Shown here: positions 35,601-44,969 of the stretch, piece by piece | How positions within the stretch are numbered: position 1 is the stretch's first letter | How the letters are laid out: every line of letters starts with the position of its first letter | From: an uncultured Pelagibacteraceae bacterium | GTDB lineage: Bacteria; Pseudomonadota; Alphaproteobacteria; Pelagibacterales; Pelagibacteraceae | Direction of reading: 5' to 3' | Assembly (NCBI GenBank): GCA_902539445.1 | Contig: CACBIY010000002.1 | Coordinates: 104,005-168,004, forward strand | DNA: 64,000 nt | The notes under the pieces: generated by a model | Database searches by the model: none | Told to the model about the DNA's origin: nothing | Seen by the model: only the letters and a program-made list of their open reading frames with translations | Made by a program: the position numbers and the translations under genes

Positions 35601-37175
35601 ACTAAAATTTTGTCTAAAAAAATGGTAAAGCGGTCTATACTTATCAGATAGCACTGCTAAAGGAGTATCATCACCCATTGAACCTGTTGCTTCTTTTGCG
35701 TCCTCTGCCATTGGATGTAAGATAAGTTCTAGATCCTCTAAACTTATTCCAAAAGTATATTGTCTTCTCCTTAAACTTTCGCCATCAAAATTATGTTTTT
35801 CATTAGAGATTGATAATTTTTCATCTAAATCAATTATTTGAGAATTAAAATGCTTAAATTCTTTAGCTAGATAATCTTTTATTTGACTATTAGAAAAAAC
35901 TTTACCTTTTTCGATTCTGACTCCAATAATTTCACCAGGACCTAGTCTTCCTTTGGTTAAAATTTTTTTTTCATTTAAATCAATCATTCCTGTTTCTGAG
36001 CCTGCAAAGATCATTTTGTCTTTTGTGATAGCATATCTCAAAGGTCTAAGACCATTTCTGTCATTTGCAGCTATAACCCATTCATTGTCTGTAGCTGCAA
36101 TAGCAGCGGGTCCATCCCATGGTTCCATTGTACTATTTAAAAAATTAAATAATTGCTGATGACTTTTTGATAATGTCTTATTTTTTTTCGACCATGCATC
36201 CGGAACTAGCATCAATTTAGCTAATGGAGCAGATTGGCCTGATTTATTTAATAATTCAAATACATTATCTAAAGCTGCAGAGTCAGAGACACCCTTTTGT
36301 ATTACTGGTTTTAAATTTTCTATGTCTTCGAAAAGCGGGCTGCTCATTTCTTGTTCGTGAACTTTCATCCAGTTTTTATTTCCTTTATAAGTATTTATCT
36401 CACCATTGTGCGCTATAGCCCTAAATGGTTGGGCTAAACTCCAGCTCGGTGCAGTGTTAGTTGAAAATCTTTGATGAAAAATTGCATATCTTGAAATAAA
36501 TCTTGAGTCTCTAAGATCTAAATAAAAGTCAGATAATGCTTCTGCTAGATATAGCCCTTTATAGATTATAGACTTTGAACTAATTGAGCAAATATAGAAA
36601 TTATTCAGTGAGGCATCAAAAGCCTTATTTTCAATTCTCTTTCTAGTTTCATAAATTTTTCTCTCTAATTTTTTATCTAATAAATTTGGATCGTTAGGTT
36701 TAAAGAGAACTTGTATGATTTCTGGCATGGTTTGAAGAGCTTTTTCTCCTAAAACTTTTGAATTAACTGGCACTTGTCGCCAACCATATATACTAAAATT
36801 ATTCTTAGTTAGTTCGCTCTCAACTATTGTTTTACAACTTTCTTGTGCTGAATAGTCATTTCTAGGTAAAAAAATCATTCCTACACAGATTTCAGAATTA
36901 TCATAATCGTGTCCAGTAACTTGTATTTTTTCTATAAAAAAATCTTTTGGAATTTCGACATGTATTCCCGCTCCATCTCCTGTTTTGCCATCTGCATCGA
37001 CAGCACCCCTGTGCCAAACTGCTTTTAAAGCTTCAATTCCATACTCAACTATAGCCCTAGATTTTTTTCCTTCTGTAGATGCGATTAAACCAACTCCACA
37101 AGCATCATGTTCCATGTCTTTTGAATAAACATGATTTTTTGTAAGTAACTCTAAATTTTTTTTATAATTTTTCAT
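32670..37175 (-). CDS. gltB: Glutamate synthase large subunit (start taken at MKNYKKNL)
   Basis: HDACGVG amidotransferase start, HQRFSTNT, GSMSHGALS, QGAKPGEGGQLPG and CHSNTCPVG motifs. Confidence 0.97.
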   Translation of the reverse strand: MKNYKKNLELLTKNHVYSKDMEHDACGVGLIASTEGKKSRAIVEYGIEALKAVWHRGAVDADGKTGDGAGIHVEIPKDFFIEKIQVTGHDYDNSEICVGMIFLPRNDYSAQESCKTIVESELTKNNFSIYGWRQVPVNSKVLGEKALQTMPEIIQVLFKPNDPNLLDKKLERKIYETRKRIENKAFDASLNNFYICSISSKSIIYKGLYLAEALSDFYLDLRDSRFISRYAIFHQRFSTNTAPSWSLAQPFRAIAHNGEINTYKGNKNWMKVHEQEMSSPLFEDIENLKPVIQKGVSDSAALDNVFELLNKSGQSAPLAKLMLVPDAWSKKNKTLSKSHQQLFNFLNSTMEPWDGPAAIAATDNEWVIAANDRNGLRPLRYAITKDKMIFAGSETGMIDLNEKKILTKGRLGPGEIIGVRIEKGKVFSNSQIKDYLAKEFKHFNSQIIDLDEKLSISNEKHNFDGESLRRRQYTFGISLEDLELILHPMAEDAKEATGSMGDDTPLAVLSDKYRPLYHFFRQNFSQVTNPPIDSLRENKVMSLKTRFGNLGNILDFDTLTKENIYVLNSPILSNSQFNKFTNFFGKNSVTIDCSFSQNENLEDSIDRIQRESEIAVRQGITQLILSDKNLSSERLPMPMLLCVGAINTFLIQKKLRGYVSINVQSGEAIDTHSFATLIGVGATTVNPYLAFDSLYQRYEKKLFGQFSFDECVQRYINSVNAGLLKIMSKMGISVLSSYRGGCNFETVGLSRTVVNDYFPGVTSKISGIGLVGIEKKIREIHKEAFESTETVLPIGGIYRYRKNGETHQYQGKLIHLLQSAVGSNSYEAYKKYADGIYNLPPINLRDLVDFRKKKLGPSIDLSEVEPIEKILKRFGSGSMSHGALSKEAHETLAIGMNRIKGASCSGEGGEDAERFKVMDSGDSANSRVKQIASARFGVTVNYLNNCNEIEIKMAQGAKPGEGGQLPGFKVTEEIARLRHSTPGVTLISPPPHHDIYSIEDLAQLIYDLKQTNPKARVGVKLVASSGIGTIAAGVAKAKADIILISGHNGGTGATPQTSVKYVGIPWEMGLTEANQVLTLNNLRHKVTLRTDGGIKTGRDVVIAAMMGAEEYGVATTALVAMGCIMVRQCHSNTCPVGVCTQDEKLREKFTGTPDKVVNLFTFIASEVREILAELGFKSLNDIIGRTDLLMQVNKASPNLDDLDLNPLFVQADPGNNKRYCESLEINKVPETLDQEIWPEIEKSLDNSEKVEKEFIIKNTNRAVGTRISHHLYKKYGYEKLDENFLTLNFKGSAGQSFGAFSSKGLKLNLKGDANDYVGKGLSGATISIKLSDESNLVSNENTIIGNTVLYGATSGKLFAAGQAGDRFAVRNSGATTVIEGCDSNGCEYMTGGTVVILGNVGDNFAAGMTGGMAFIYDKSNEFEKKVNPDSVVWQNVETDYWINYLKELILEHSKETGSLLSKNIFENFKVEIKNFVQVCPKEMINKLKNPITFKSKIKEVS

Positions 37176-38614
37176 TATGCTACTTTTATTTTTTTTAGTT
37201 GCATATTTTCTAAATAGGTTTTCATTGAGGAAGCTGCATCTCTCCCATCTTTGATTGCCCATACTACTAATGAAGCTCCTCTTACAATATCACCTGCTGC
37301 AAAAACTCCTTTTAAATTTGTTTCCATCGTATTGAAGTCAGTTTTAACTGTTCCCCATCTTGTTACTTGTAACTCTGGTGCATCAAATAATAATGGTAAA
37401 TTTTCTGGATCAAATCCAAGAGCTTTGATCACCATGTCGGCTTTTACTGTAAATTCTGAACCTTCTTTAATTTCTGGTTTTCGTCTTCCTGACTCATCTG
37501 GTTCACCTAATTCAATTTGATTAACCACTAAATTTTCAATTTTATTTTTTCCTTTAAATTCTTTTGGACTAGAAAGCCAAACAAATTCTACACCCTCCTC
37601 TTCAGCATTTGCAACTTCTCTAGCAGATCCAGGCATATTTTCTTTGTCTCTTCTATATAAACATTTTACCGACTTTGCCTTTTGTCTTACTGAAGTTCTT
37701 ACACAATCCATTGCTGTATCACCACCACCTATTACTACAACATCTTTTCCCTCAGCGTTTAAAATTCCTTTATCAAATAACTCTACTTTATCTCCTAGGC
37801 CTTTTTTATTTGATGCTGTCAAAAACTCCATTGCAGGAAAAATATTACCTAAATCATTACCAGGCAATTCAACTTCTCTTGGTTTATATACACCCGTTGC
37901 AATTAAAATTGCGTCATGTTTTTTTCGCAACTGTTCTAGAGTTGCATCTTTACCTACTTCAAAATTTTGAATAAATTTTATTCCACCATCTTTTAACAAC
38001 TTTGTTCTGCGCTCAACTACATGTTTTTCAAGTTTAAAATTTGGAATACCATAAATTAACAATCCACCTGCACGATCATATCGATCATAAACAGTAATTT
38101 TATATCCATTTTTCCTTAGCTGCTCAGCAGCTGCTAACCCTGCGGGGCCAGCACCAATTATTCCAACGCTTTGATCTTTTTCATGTTTTAAAGAAATTGG
38201 TTTAACCCAGCCTTGTTCCCACGCTGAATCATTAATATATTTCTCAACTGAACCTATGGTGACTGTTCCATGTCCTGATTGCTCAATAACGCAGTTACCC
38301 TCGCACAATCTATCCTGAGGACAAATCCTTCCACATACTTCTGGCATATTGTTAGTGCTTTGAGATAACTCGTAGGCCTCTTTTAATCTTCCTTCAGCTG
38401 TAAGTTTTAACCAATCTGGAATATTGTTGCTTAAAGGACAATGTACTTGACAGAATGGAACTCCACATTGAGAACATCTGCTTGACTGTTCCTCGGCTTT
38501 TTTGGTAACAAACTCATCATAGATCTCATTAAAATCTTCTTTTCTAGTACCAATCTCTCTTTTAGGTGGGGTTTGTTGACCTATTTTTACAAATTTTAAC
38601 ATTTTATTAGTCAT
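37175..38614 (-). CDS. gltD: Glutamate synthase small subunit
   Basis: RCSQCG..C...C, GRICPQDRLCEGNC, GAGPAG and GGGDTAMDC motifs. Confidence 0.96.
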   Translation of the reverse strand: MTNKMLKFVKIGQQTPPKREIGTRKEDFNEIYDEFVTKKAEEQSSRCSQCGVPFCQVHCPLSNNIPDWLKLTAEGRLKEAYELSQSTNNMPEVCGRICPQDRLCEGNCVIEQSGHGTVTIGSVEKYINDSAWEQGWVKPISLKHEKDQSVGIIGAGPAGLAAAEQLRKNGYKITVYDRYDRAGGLLIYGIPNFKLEKHVVERRTKLLKDGGIKFIQNFEVGKDATLEQLRKKHDAILIATGVYKPREVELPGNDLGNIFPAMEFLTASNKKGLGDKVELFDKGILNAEGKDVVVIGGGDTAMDCVRTSVRQKAKSVKCLYRRDKENMPGSAREVANAEEEGVEFVWLSSPKEFKGKNKIENLVVNQIELGEPDESGRRKPEIKEGSEFTVKADMVIKALGFDPENLPLLFDAPELQVTRWGTVKTDFNTMETNLKGVFAAGDIVRGASLVVWAIKDGRDAASSMKTYLENMQLKKIKVA

Positions 38615-38797
38615 AGAATCTTTAATTTTTTGGCAAACTATACATTGTTTTTTCTATTAAAAGTATTATTTAGGTCAATAATTATGACCTATAATTGCGT
38701 TTATTTAGCTTAAATTATAAGAAATTTATTTTTTGCATACCTACTATGATTAAATCGAATTGTTTAAAATGAGTATTTTTTAAGTTACGACATCTTA

Positions 38798-39577
38798 ATG
38801 CTTCAAGATTTTATAGAAATCCTAATTCTTTCTGCAGTCCAAGGAATTTCTGAATTTTTACCTATTAGCTCTTCAGCTCATCTAATTTTAATATCAAATT
38901 TTTATGACTTTAGCTCAAGTTCTTTATTTATTGATATAGGTCTGCATTTGGGCTCTTTGTTTGCAATAATTTATTACTTTAAAAAAGATTTATTAAATTT
39001 AAGAAACAATCAAAAATTATTGGTTTTGATTTTATTTGGCTCAATACCTCTTATAATTTTTGGATATATAATATATTCGACTGAAATAATTAATCTTTTA
39101 AGAAATATAGAAATAATTGCATGGACAACTCTATTTTTTGGTTTAGTCCTATTTTTATCAGATAAAAGAGATGTTGATCAAAATATATCGAATAACTTAA
39201 ATATAAAAACAATGTTATTTATAGGCTTATTTCAAATTTTAGCACTCGTACCTGGTGTAAGTAGAGCAGGAATAACCTTAACAGCAGCTCGATTTCTAAA
39301 ATTTAATAGAGTTGACTCAAGTAAAATTGCCTTTTTATTATCTATACCTGCGTTAGCTGGTGCAAGTTTTTTAGGTCTTAAAGATGCTGTACAACAATCT
39401 GCTGAATTCAATTATTTATTATTAATTGCGATTACCCTTTCTTTTTTCTTCTCATTTATAACAGTAAAATTTTTTATAAGATTCATAAGGAATTTTTCTT
39501 TAACCGTGTTTGTAATTTATAGAATTTTGATTGCTTTGATTTTATTATTGATAATTTATTTTCCTCATCATGGGTAA
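38798..39577 (+). CDS. uppP: Undecaprenyl-diphosphate phosphatase
   Basis: QGISEFLPISSSAH, PGVSRAG and FLLSIP motifs. Confidence 0.93.
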   Translation: MLQDFIEILILSAVQGISEFLPISSSAHLILISNFYDFSSSSLFIDIGLHLGSLFAIIYYFKKDLLNLRNNQKLLVLILFGSIPLIIFGYIIYSTEIINLLRNIEIIAWTTLFFGLVLFLSDKRDVDQNISNNLNIKTMLFIGLFQILALVPGVSRAGITLTAARFLKFNRVDSSKIAFLLSIPALAGASFLGLKDAVQQSAEFNYLLLIAITLSFFFSFITVKFFIRFIRNFSLTVFVIYRILIALILLLIIYFPHHG

Positions 39578-40441
39578 TAATTGAGAAATTAAAACACCGC
39601 ATAATATAAAAAAACACCCTAATATATTATTAAAATCTAAAATTTGACTTAATAGAAACCATGCTGCGATAGTTGCAAATACACCTTCTAATGAAAAAAT
39701 TATAGCTGCTGGTGCAGGTGTTATATTTCTTTGAGCGTAAATTTGTAGAACGAATGCAAAACCTCCTGATAAAATTCCAGCATATAGGATAGAGTCTATC
39801 TCTTTGAGAATATTTTCGATTACAAATTCTTCATAAATCAATCCAATAAAAAAAGAAAATAAAGCTACTAATAAAGTTTGGATCGCACCTAATGTTAGGG
39901 GTAAGTTATAAGTTTTAACAATCATTCCAGTAAATATAATGTGAGTACTCCAAAATAATGCTCCAAGAATGACCAGTGTGTCCCCAAGTCTAACTGTTGC
40001 ATCATAAAAATTGGTTAAAAGATATCCACCAATTAAACACAAAATCACTGAAGGCCATACACTCCAATGCAATGAGTCTCTCTTAAATATGAAAATAATA
40101 ATTGGTACCATAGGAACATAAAAAATCGTAAAGAAAGCAGCATTAGCTACATCTGTATAAAGCAGAGCTACTTGCTGCAATGCCGAGCCTAAAAATAATG
40201 ATAATCCGATTAAAAAAGATAGAATAGCAAAATATCTAAAGCCAATTTTAAACTCTAATTTAAATTTTTTAGTCTCAAACAACAATGCTAAAGGAAAGAT
40301 TGCCAAAAAACCCACAAAAAATCTTACAGCGTTAAATGTAAATGGACCAATATCATCCATACCAGTGTCTTGAGCAATAAATGTAGTTCCCCAAATAAAT
40401 GTACACAGTAAAGCACTTAACAGTGAAACGCTTTTAGACAT
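39545..40441 (-). CDS. DMT/EamA family transporter
   Basis: About 10 TM segments; IWGTTF and SLEGVFA motifs. Confidence 0.9.
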   Translation of the reverse strand: MSKSVSLLSALLCTFIWGTTFIAQDTGMDDIGPFTFNAVRFFVGFLAIFPLALLFETKKFKLEFKIGFRYFAILSFLIGLSLFLGSALQQVALLYTDVANAAFFTIFYVPMVPIIIFIFKRDSLHWSVWPSVILCLIGGYLLTNFYDATVRLGDTLVILGALFWSTHIIFTGMIVKTYNLPLTLGAIQTLLVALFSFFIGLIYEEFVIENILKEIDSILYAGILSGGFAFVLQIYAQRNITPAPAAIIFSLEGVFATIAAWFLLSQILDFNNILGCFFILCGVLISQLLPMMRKINYQ

Positions 40442-40449
40442 AATTTTTA

Positions 40450-41715
40450 TTAAACGGCTAACTTATAAGCAAAATTTTTACCAAGATTTTCTTTTAAATC
40501 ATTATTAAATCGAGCTGCCTCCGCACCATCAATAATTCTATGATCATAAGATAGTGAAAGTGGCAACATAGTACGCGTTACAAATTTTCCATCCATGAAT
40601 ACTTGTTTTTTTTCTGCTCTTCCTACTCCTAAAATAGCAACTTCAGGATAATTTATAATTGGGGTAAAAAAAGATCCCCCAATTCCCCCTAGGCTAGTTA
40701 TCGTCATCGAACCTCCAAATAACTCCTTTTTTTCAATTTTAAGATCTCTACATTGCTGACTGATTTTTTTTAATTCTGTACTTATTAAAGAAATATTTTT
40801 ATTATCTGCATTTCTTAATTTAGGAACCATCAAGCCATGTGGAGTATCTACTGCTATACCGACATGATAATACCTTTTAACAGTCATTTTACCATTTTCA
40901 ATTTGATCGATTGAGGTATTAAAATTTGGAAATTTTTTTAATGATGTTGTTAATGCTTTTACGATGAAAGCTAATGGAGTGATTTTTTTTTTCTCACCTG
41001 TATATACGTCCGTAAGAGAAGTTCTAAATTCCTCTAATTCAGTTATATCAGCTTCATCATGATTGGTTACATGAGGAATTTTTGTCCAAGAGTTCATTAA
41101 ATATTTAGATGACAGCTTTTTTACTCTAGGGATGTCTTTAATATCCACTTCTCCGAAGTCTGAATGAGAATATTCTAGTTCAATTTTTTGTTCTGTTGTA
41201 TTTTGATCTTTGGAACTTTTATCAGATTTAGTTGCAACAAATAACTTCACATCACTTTCAGTAACCCTACCTTGTCTTTCGCTACCAGGGACTTTGTTGA
41301 TATTAACTCCAAGTTCTCTCGCAAATTTTCTAACTTTTGGTGAAGCAGAAGCTTTTGTGGAAAAATCTTTAACTATTATGTTTTCAGTCTCATTGGTTTT
41401 TTTTAAATCATCTTTTTTTATCTCTTTTGGAAATTGACTTTTTGGTAATTCTTGAGCACTTGTTTCTTTTATTTCTTTCTCACTTTCAATTTCAATAATT
41501 TTATCACCTTCCGATACCTTGTCTCCAATTTTAACGTTCAAAGAAATTATAGTTCCATCATCGGAAGATGGTATTTCCACACTTGATTTATCACTTTCTA
41601 TAGTTATTAATGGATCATTCTTTTTTATTTTTTGACCTTTTTTAATTAAAACTTCAATGACCTCTACGTCTTTGAATTCACCAATATTTGGAACTTTTAT
41701 ATCTTTCTTTGACAT
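40450..41715 (-). CDS. aceF: Pyruvate dehydrogenase E2 (one lipoyl domain)
   Basis: Lipoyl ESDKSSVEIP, PSBD ASPKVRKFARE and catalytic DHRIIDGA motifs. Confidence 0.94.
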   Translation of the reverse strand: MSKKDIKVPNIGEFKDVEVIEVLIKKGQKIKKNDPLITIESDKSSVEIPSSDDGTIISLNVKIGDKVSEGDKIIEIESEKEIKETSAQELPKSQFPKEIKKDDLKKTNETENIIVKDFSTKASASPKVRKFARELGVNINKVPGSERQGRVTESDVKLFVATKSDKSSKDQNTTEQKIELEYSHSDFGEVDIKDIPRVKKLSSKYLMNSWTKIPHVTNHDEADITELEEFRTSLTDVYTGEKKKITPLAFIVKALTTSLKKFPNFNTSIDQIENGKMTVKRYYHVGIAVDTPHGLMVPKLRNADNKNISLISTELKKISQQCRDLKIEKKELFGGSMTITSLGGIGGSFFTPIINYPEVAILGVGRAEKKQVFMDGKFVTRTMLPLSLSYDHRIIDGAEAARFNNDLKENLGKNFAYKLAV

Positions 41716-44700
41716 TATAGTTTTGTCGGCATTGGTTTATCTTTATCAATTTGATACTTATTTATTGCTTCTTGAGCATATTTAGATGCAATTAATTGCT
41801 CTTTAGCTAAAACACTTAGTCCGTATGCAACGACATGTTCTTTATCAACCTCAAAGAACTTTCTCAAATTTTTTCTGGTATCACTTCGACCAAATCCGTC
41901 TGTTCCTAACGAGTAAAAGCTCTTATTAATATAAGGTCTTATCTGGTCTGAATTCATCCTCATATAATCTGATGCAGCTAAAATTGGACCTTCAGTTTTG
42001 CCTAGACAGCTTTCAACATATGATTTTTTTGGTTCTTTTTCAGGATTTAATAAATTATACCTTTCAACCTCCAGCCCATCCCTCCTTAATTCGTTAAAAC
42101 TAGTTACACTCCAAACCTCACTATCAATTTGATATTCCTTTTGTAGAATCTCGGCACCAGCTATCATTTCTCTTAAAATTGTGCCTGATCCTAAAAATTG
42201 AATTTTGGTTTTTTTATGTTTGTTAAATTCTTTTATCTTATACATTCCTTTTAAAATACCCTCTTCACACGATTTTTCAGCTGGCATTGCAGGATGAGGA
42301 TAATTTTCATTCATTGTTGTGATATAATAAAAAATATTTTCTTTCTTTTCATGCATTCTTTTCAAACCTTCTCTAAATATTGTTGCAAGCTCATAATGAA
42401 ATGTTGGGTCATAGGACTTACAATTTGGGATAGTTGATGCCATTAAATGACTATGTCCATCTTGATGTTGTAAACCTTCTCCTGCTAATGTTGTTCTCCC
42501 AGCTGTAGCACCAATTAAAAATCCTCTTGATTGACTGTCTGCTCCTGCCCAAGCAAAATCACCTATTCTCTGGAAACCAAACATTGAGTAAAAAAGATAT
42601 ATAGGGATCATTTCAATATCATGATTTGTGTAAGAAGTACCTGCAGCAATCCATGATGACATTGCGCCTGCCTCATTAATTCCTTCCTCCAAAACTTGTC
42701 CACTTTTTTCTTCTCTATATGAACTTAATTGCGCAGAGTCCTCAGGTTCATATTTTTGTCCCTCATGAGCATAAATACCAATTTTTTGAAAAAAACCCTC
42801 CATACCAAATGTTCTCGCCTCATCAGGAATGATTGGTACTAATCTTGGTGCAACATTTTTATCTCTTAGAAGATTAGTAAGCATTCTTACTAATGCCATT
42901 GTAGTAGACATTTCTTTTTTACCTGTTGATTCTTTCATATTATCAAAAATGTTTTTTGGAGGAGCTTTAATAGGTTTTGCATAAGTAGTTCTCTCTGGGA
43001 TAAATCCCCCTAATTGAAGTCTTCTTTCCTTAATATATTTTATTTCAGGTGAGTTTTGATCTGGCTTATAATATTCAATATTTTGCACCTGTTTATCAGT
43101 TAGAGGAACATCAAACCTATCTCTGTAATACATCAAATCATCTATATCTAATTTTTTAGTTTGATGTGTTGTATTTACACTCTCGCCACTTTTGCCCATT
43201 CCATAACCCTTTATTGTCTTCGCAATCACAACTGTTGGGCTTCCAATATTTTTTGAGGCTTTATCATAAGCTGCAAAAACTTTATGAGGATCATGTCCAC
43301 CTCTATTCAATCTCCATATATCTTTGTCTGAAAGGCTTGAGATTAACTCTTTAGTTTCAGGATATTTTCCAAAAAACTTTTCTCGCACATAAGCTCCATC
43401 TCTCGCTTTCATTGCTTGATACTCACCATCTACAGTTTCATTCATAACTTTAATTAGATGACCAGTTTTATCGTTAGCCAATAACGGATCCCAATAAGAA
43501 CCCCAAATTACTTTGATAACATTCCATCCAGCTCCTCTGAAAATACCCTCTAATTCTTGTATGATTTTTCCATTACCCCTCACAGGTCCATCCAATCTTT
43601 GAAGGTTACAATTGATTACAAATATTAGATTATCTAATTTTTCTCTAGCTGCTAAACCAATTGCCCCTAAAGACTCTGGTTCATCCATTTCCCCATCTCC
43701 TAAAAAAGCCCAAACTTTTCGTCCCTCATCTTTGATGAGACCCCTATTAATTAAATATTTCATATATCTTGCTTGATAAATAGCTAACATTGGTCCTAAA
43801 CCCATTGAGACCGTGGGAAATTGCCAAAAGTTTGGCATCAACCAAGGATGTGGATAAGATGATAACCCCCCTGGATTAACTTCTTGTCTAAAACTATCTA
43901 ATTGTTTTTCATTAAGTCTTCCCTCAAGAAATGCTCTTGCATACATACCTGGAGCACTATGTCCTTGAAAATAAATTAAGTCTCCTCCAAATTTATTATT
44001 TTTTGCTCTCCAAAAATGATTCATACCCACATCATAGAGTGTTGCCGCAGATGCAAATGTTCCGATATGTCCTCCAAGTTCTGGAAATTTTTTATTTGCG
44101 CGAACAACCATTGCCGCAGAATTCCATCTGATCAATGACCGGATTCTTCTTTCAATATTTTGGTCACCGTTTGATTTTTTCTCTTCATTTACTGGAATTG
44201 TATTTATATAGGGTGTGTTTTGTGTGTAAGGAATATTTGCACCCTCCATATAAGCTTTATTAATTAATTCTTTTATTAAATAATGGGCTCTTTGATTTCC
44301 ATCTTTTTCAATTACTGCAGTGAGTGACTCTAACCACTCATTGGTTTCTAATGGATCAATATCATTGTCATTAACTACTTGAATTATTTCTGGCTTTTTT
44401 CTCTCAATATTATTTGTATGGACGATTTGCTTTTGTTTTTTTTCTAATGAATTTTCTGCCTCTTTAATCAAATTTTCAGTGTCTTTAGGGATACTTTTTG
44501 TTGTAGATTGTTCTTCATTTGAACCTAAAATATTAAGAATTAAATCACCTTTTGAAACTTTATCACCTACTTTAACTTTTATTGTCTCAATTGTTCCTGA
44601 TAACGTTGAAGGTATTTCAACACTCGATTTATCACTTTCTATAGTCACTACTGGATCATTCTTGGCAATTTTTTGGCCTTCTTTGACAAGCAATTCAATG

Positions 44701-44753
44701 ACCTCTACATTTTCAAAGTCGCCTATATCAGGAACTAATAGTTTTTCACTCAT
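41715..44753 (-). CDS. aceE: Pyruvate dehydrogenase E1, homodimeric type, with N-terminal lipoyl domain
   Basis: DIDPLETNEW, GGHIGTFAS, GDGEMDEPE ThDP motif and GEGLQHQDG; lipoyl ESDKSSVEIP at the N-terminus. Confidence 0.95.
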   Translation of the reverse strand: MSEKLLVPDIGDFENVEVIELLVKEGQKIAKNDPVVTIESDKSSVEIPSTLSGTIETIKVKVGDKVSKGDLILNILGSNEEQSTTKSIPKDTENLIKEAENSLEKKQKQIVHTNNIERKKPEIIQVVNDNDIDPLETNEWLESLTAVIEKDGNQRAHYLIKELINKAYMEGANIPYTQNTPYINTIPVNEEKKSNGDQNIERRIRSLIRWNSAAMVVRANKKFPELGGHIGTFASAATLYDVGMNHFWRAKNNKFGGDLIYFQGHSAPGMYARAFLEGRLNEKQLDSFRQEVNPGGLSSYPHPWLMPNFWQFPTVSMGLGPMLAIYQARYMKYLINRGLIKDEGRKVWAFLGDGEMDEPESLGAIGLAAREKLDNLIFVINCNLQRLDGPVRGNGKIIQELEGIFRGAGWNVIKVIWGSYWDPLLANDKTGHLIKVMNETVDGEYQAMKARDGAYVREKFFGKYPETKELISSLSDKDIWRLNRGGHDPHKVFAAYDKASKNIGSPTVVIAKTIKGYGMGKSGESVNTTHQTKKLDIDDLMYYRDRFDVPLTDKQVQNIEYYKPDQNSPEIKYIKERRLQLGGFIPERTTYAKPIKAPPKNIFDNMKESTGKKEMSTTMALVRMLTNLLRDKNVAPRLVPIIPDEARTFGMEGFFQKIGIYAHEGQKYEPEDSAQLSSYREEKSGQVLEEGINEAGAMSSWIAAGTSYTNHDIEMIPIYLFYSMFGFQRIGDFAWAGADSQSRGFLIGATAGRTTLAGEGLQHQDGHSHLMASTIPNCKSYDPTFHYELATIFREGLKRMHEKKENIFYYITTMNENYPHPAMPAEKSCEEGILKGMYKIKEFNKHKKTKIQFLGSGTILREMIAGAEILQKEYQIDSEVWSVTSFNELRRDGLEVERYNLLNPEKEPKKSYVESCLGKTEGPILAASDYMRMNSDQIRPYINKSFYSLGTDGFGRSDTRKNLRKFFEVDKEHVVAYGLSVLAKEQLIASKYAQEAINKYQIDKDKPMPTKL

Positions 44754-44852
44754 TTAATATTTAGATCTTATACACTATAAAATTTTTCTTAATTGCTAAT
44801 TTTAACACATTCTGCCCAATTTTTTGACACTCTTCTTATGTATCCATCAAAA

Positions 44853-44969
44853 ATGATTAAAAAATTATTAAATACACTCTTGCGACCAAAAGAAAGCACT
44901 TACATTGATGCTAAAATTTGGATTCAAAATATTTTACTTGAAAAGAAATTTAAAAAAATTAATTCTTAA
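44853..44969 (+). CDS. Possible 38-aa small protein MIKKLLNTLLRPKESTYIDAKIWIQNILLEKKFKKINS
   Basis: Manual translation; fills the gap and ends overlapping the thiolase stop; TTGACA at 44824. Confidence 0.3.
   Translation: MIKKLLNTLLRPKESTYIDAKIWIQNILLEKKFKKINS

Noticed and set aside
39545-39577. 33-nt convergent overlap of uppP and the DMT transporter as antisense regulation
   Set aside because: Short convergent overlaps occur throughout this compact window, and nothing specific distinguishes this one
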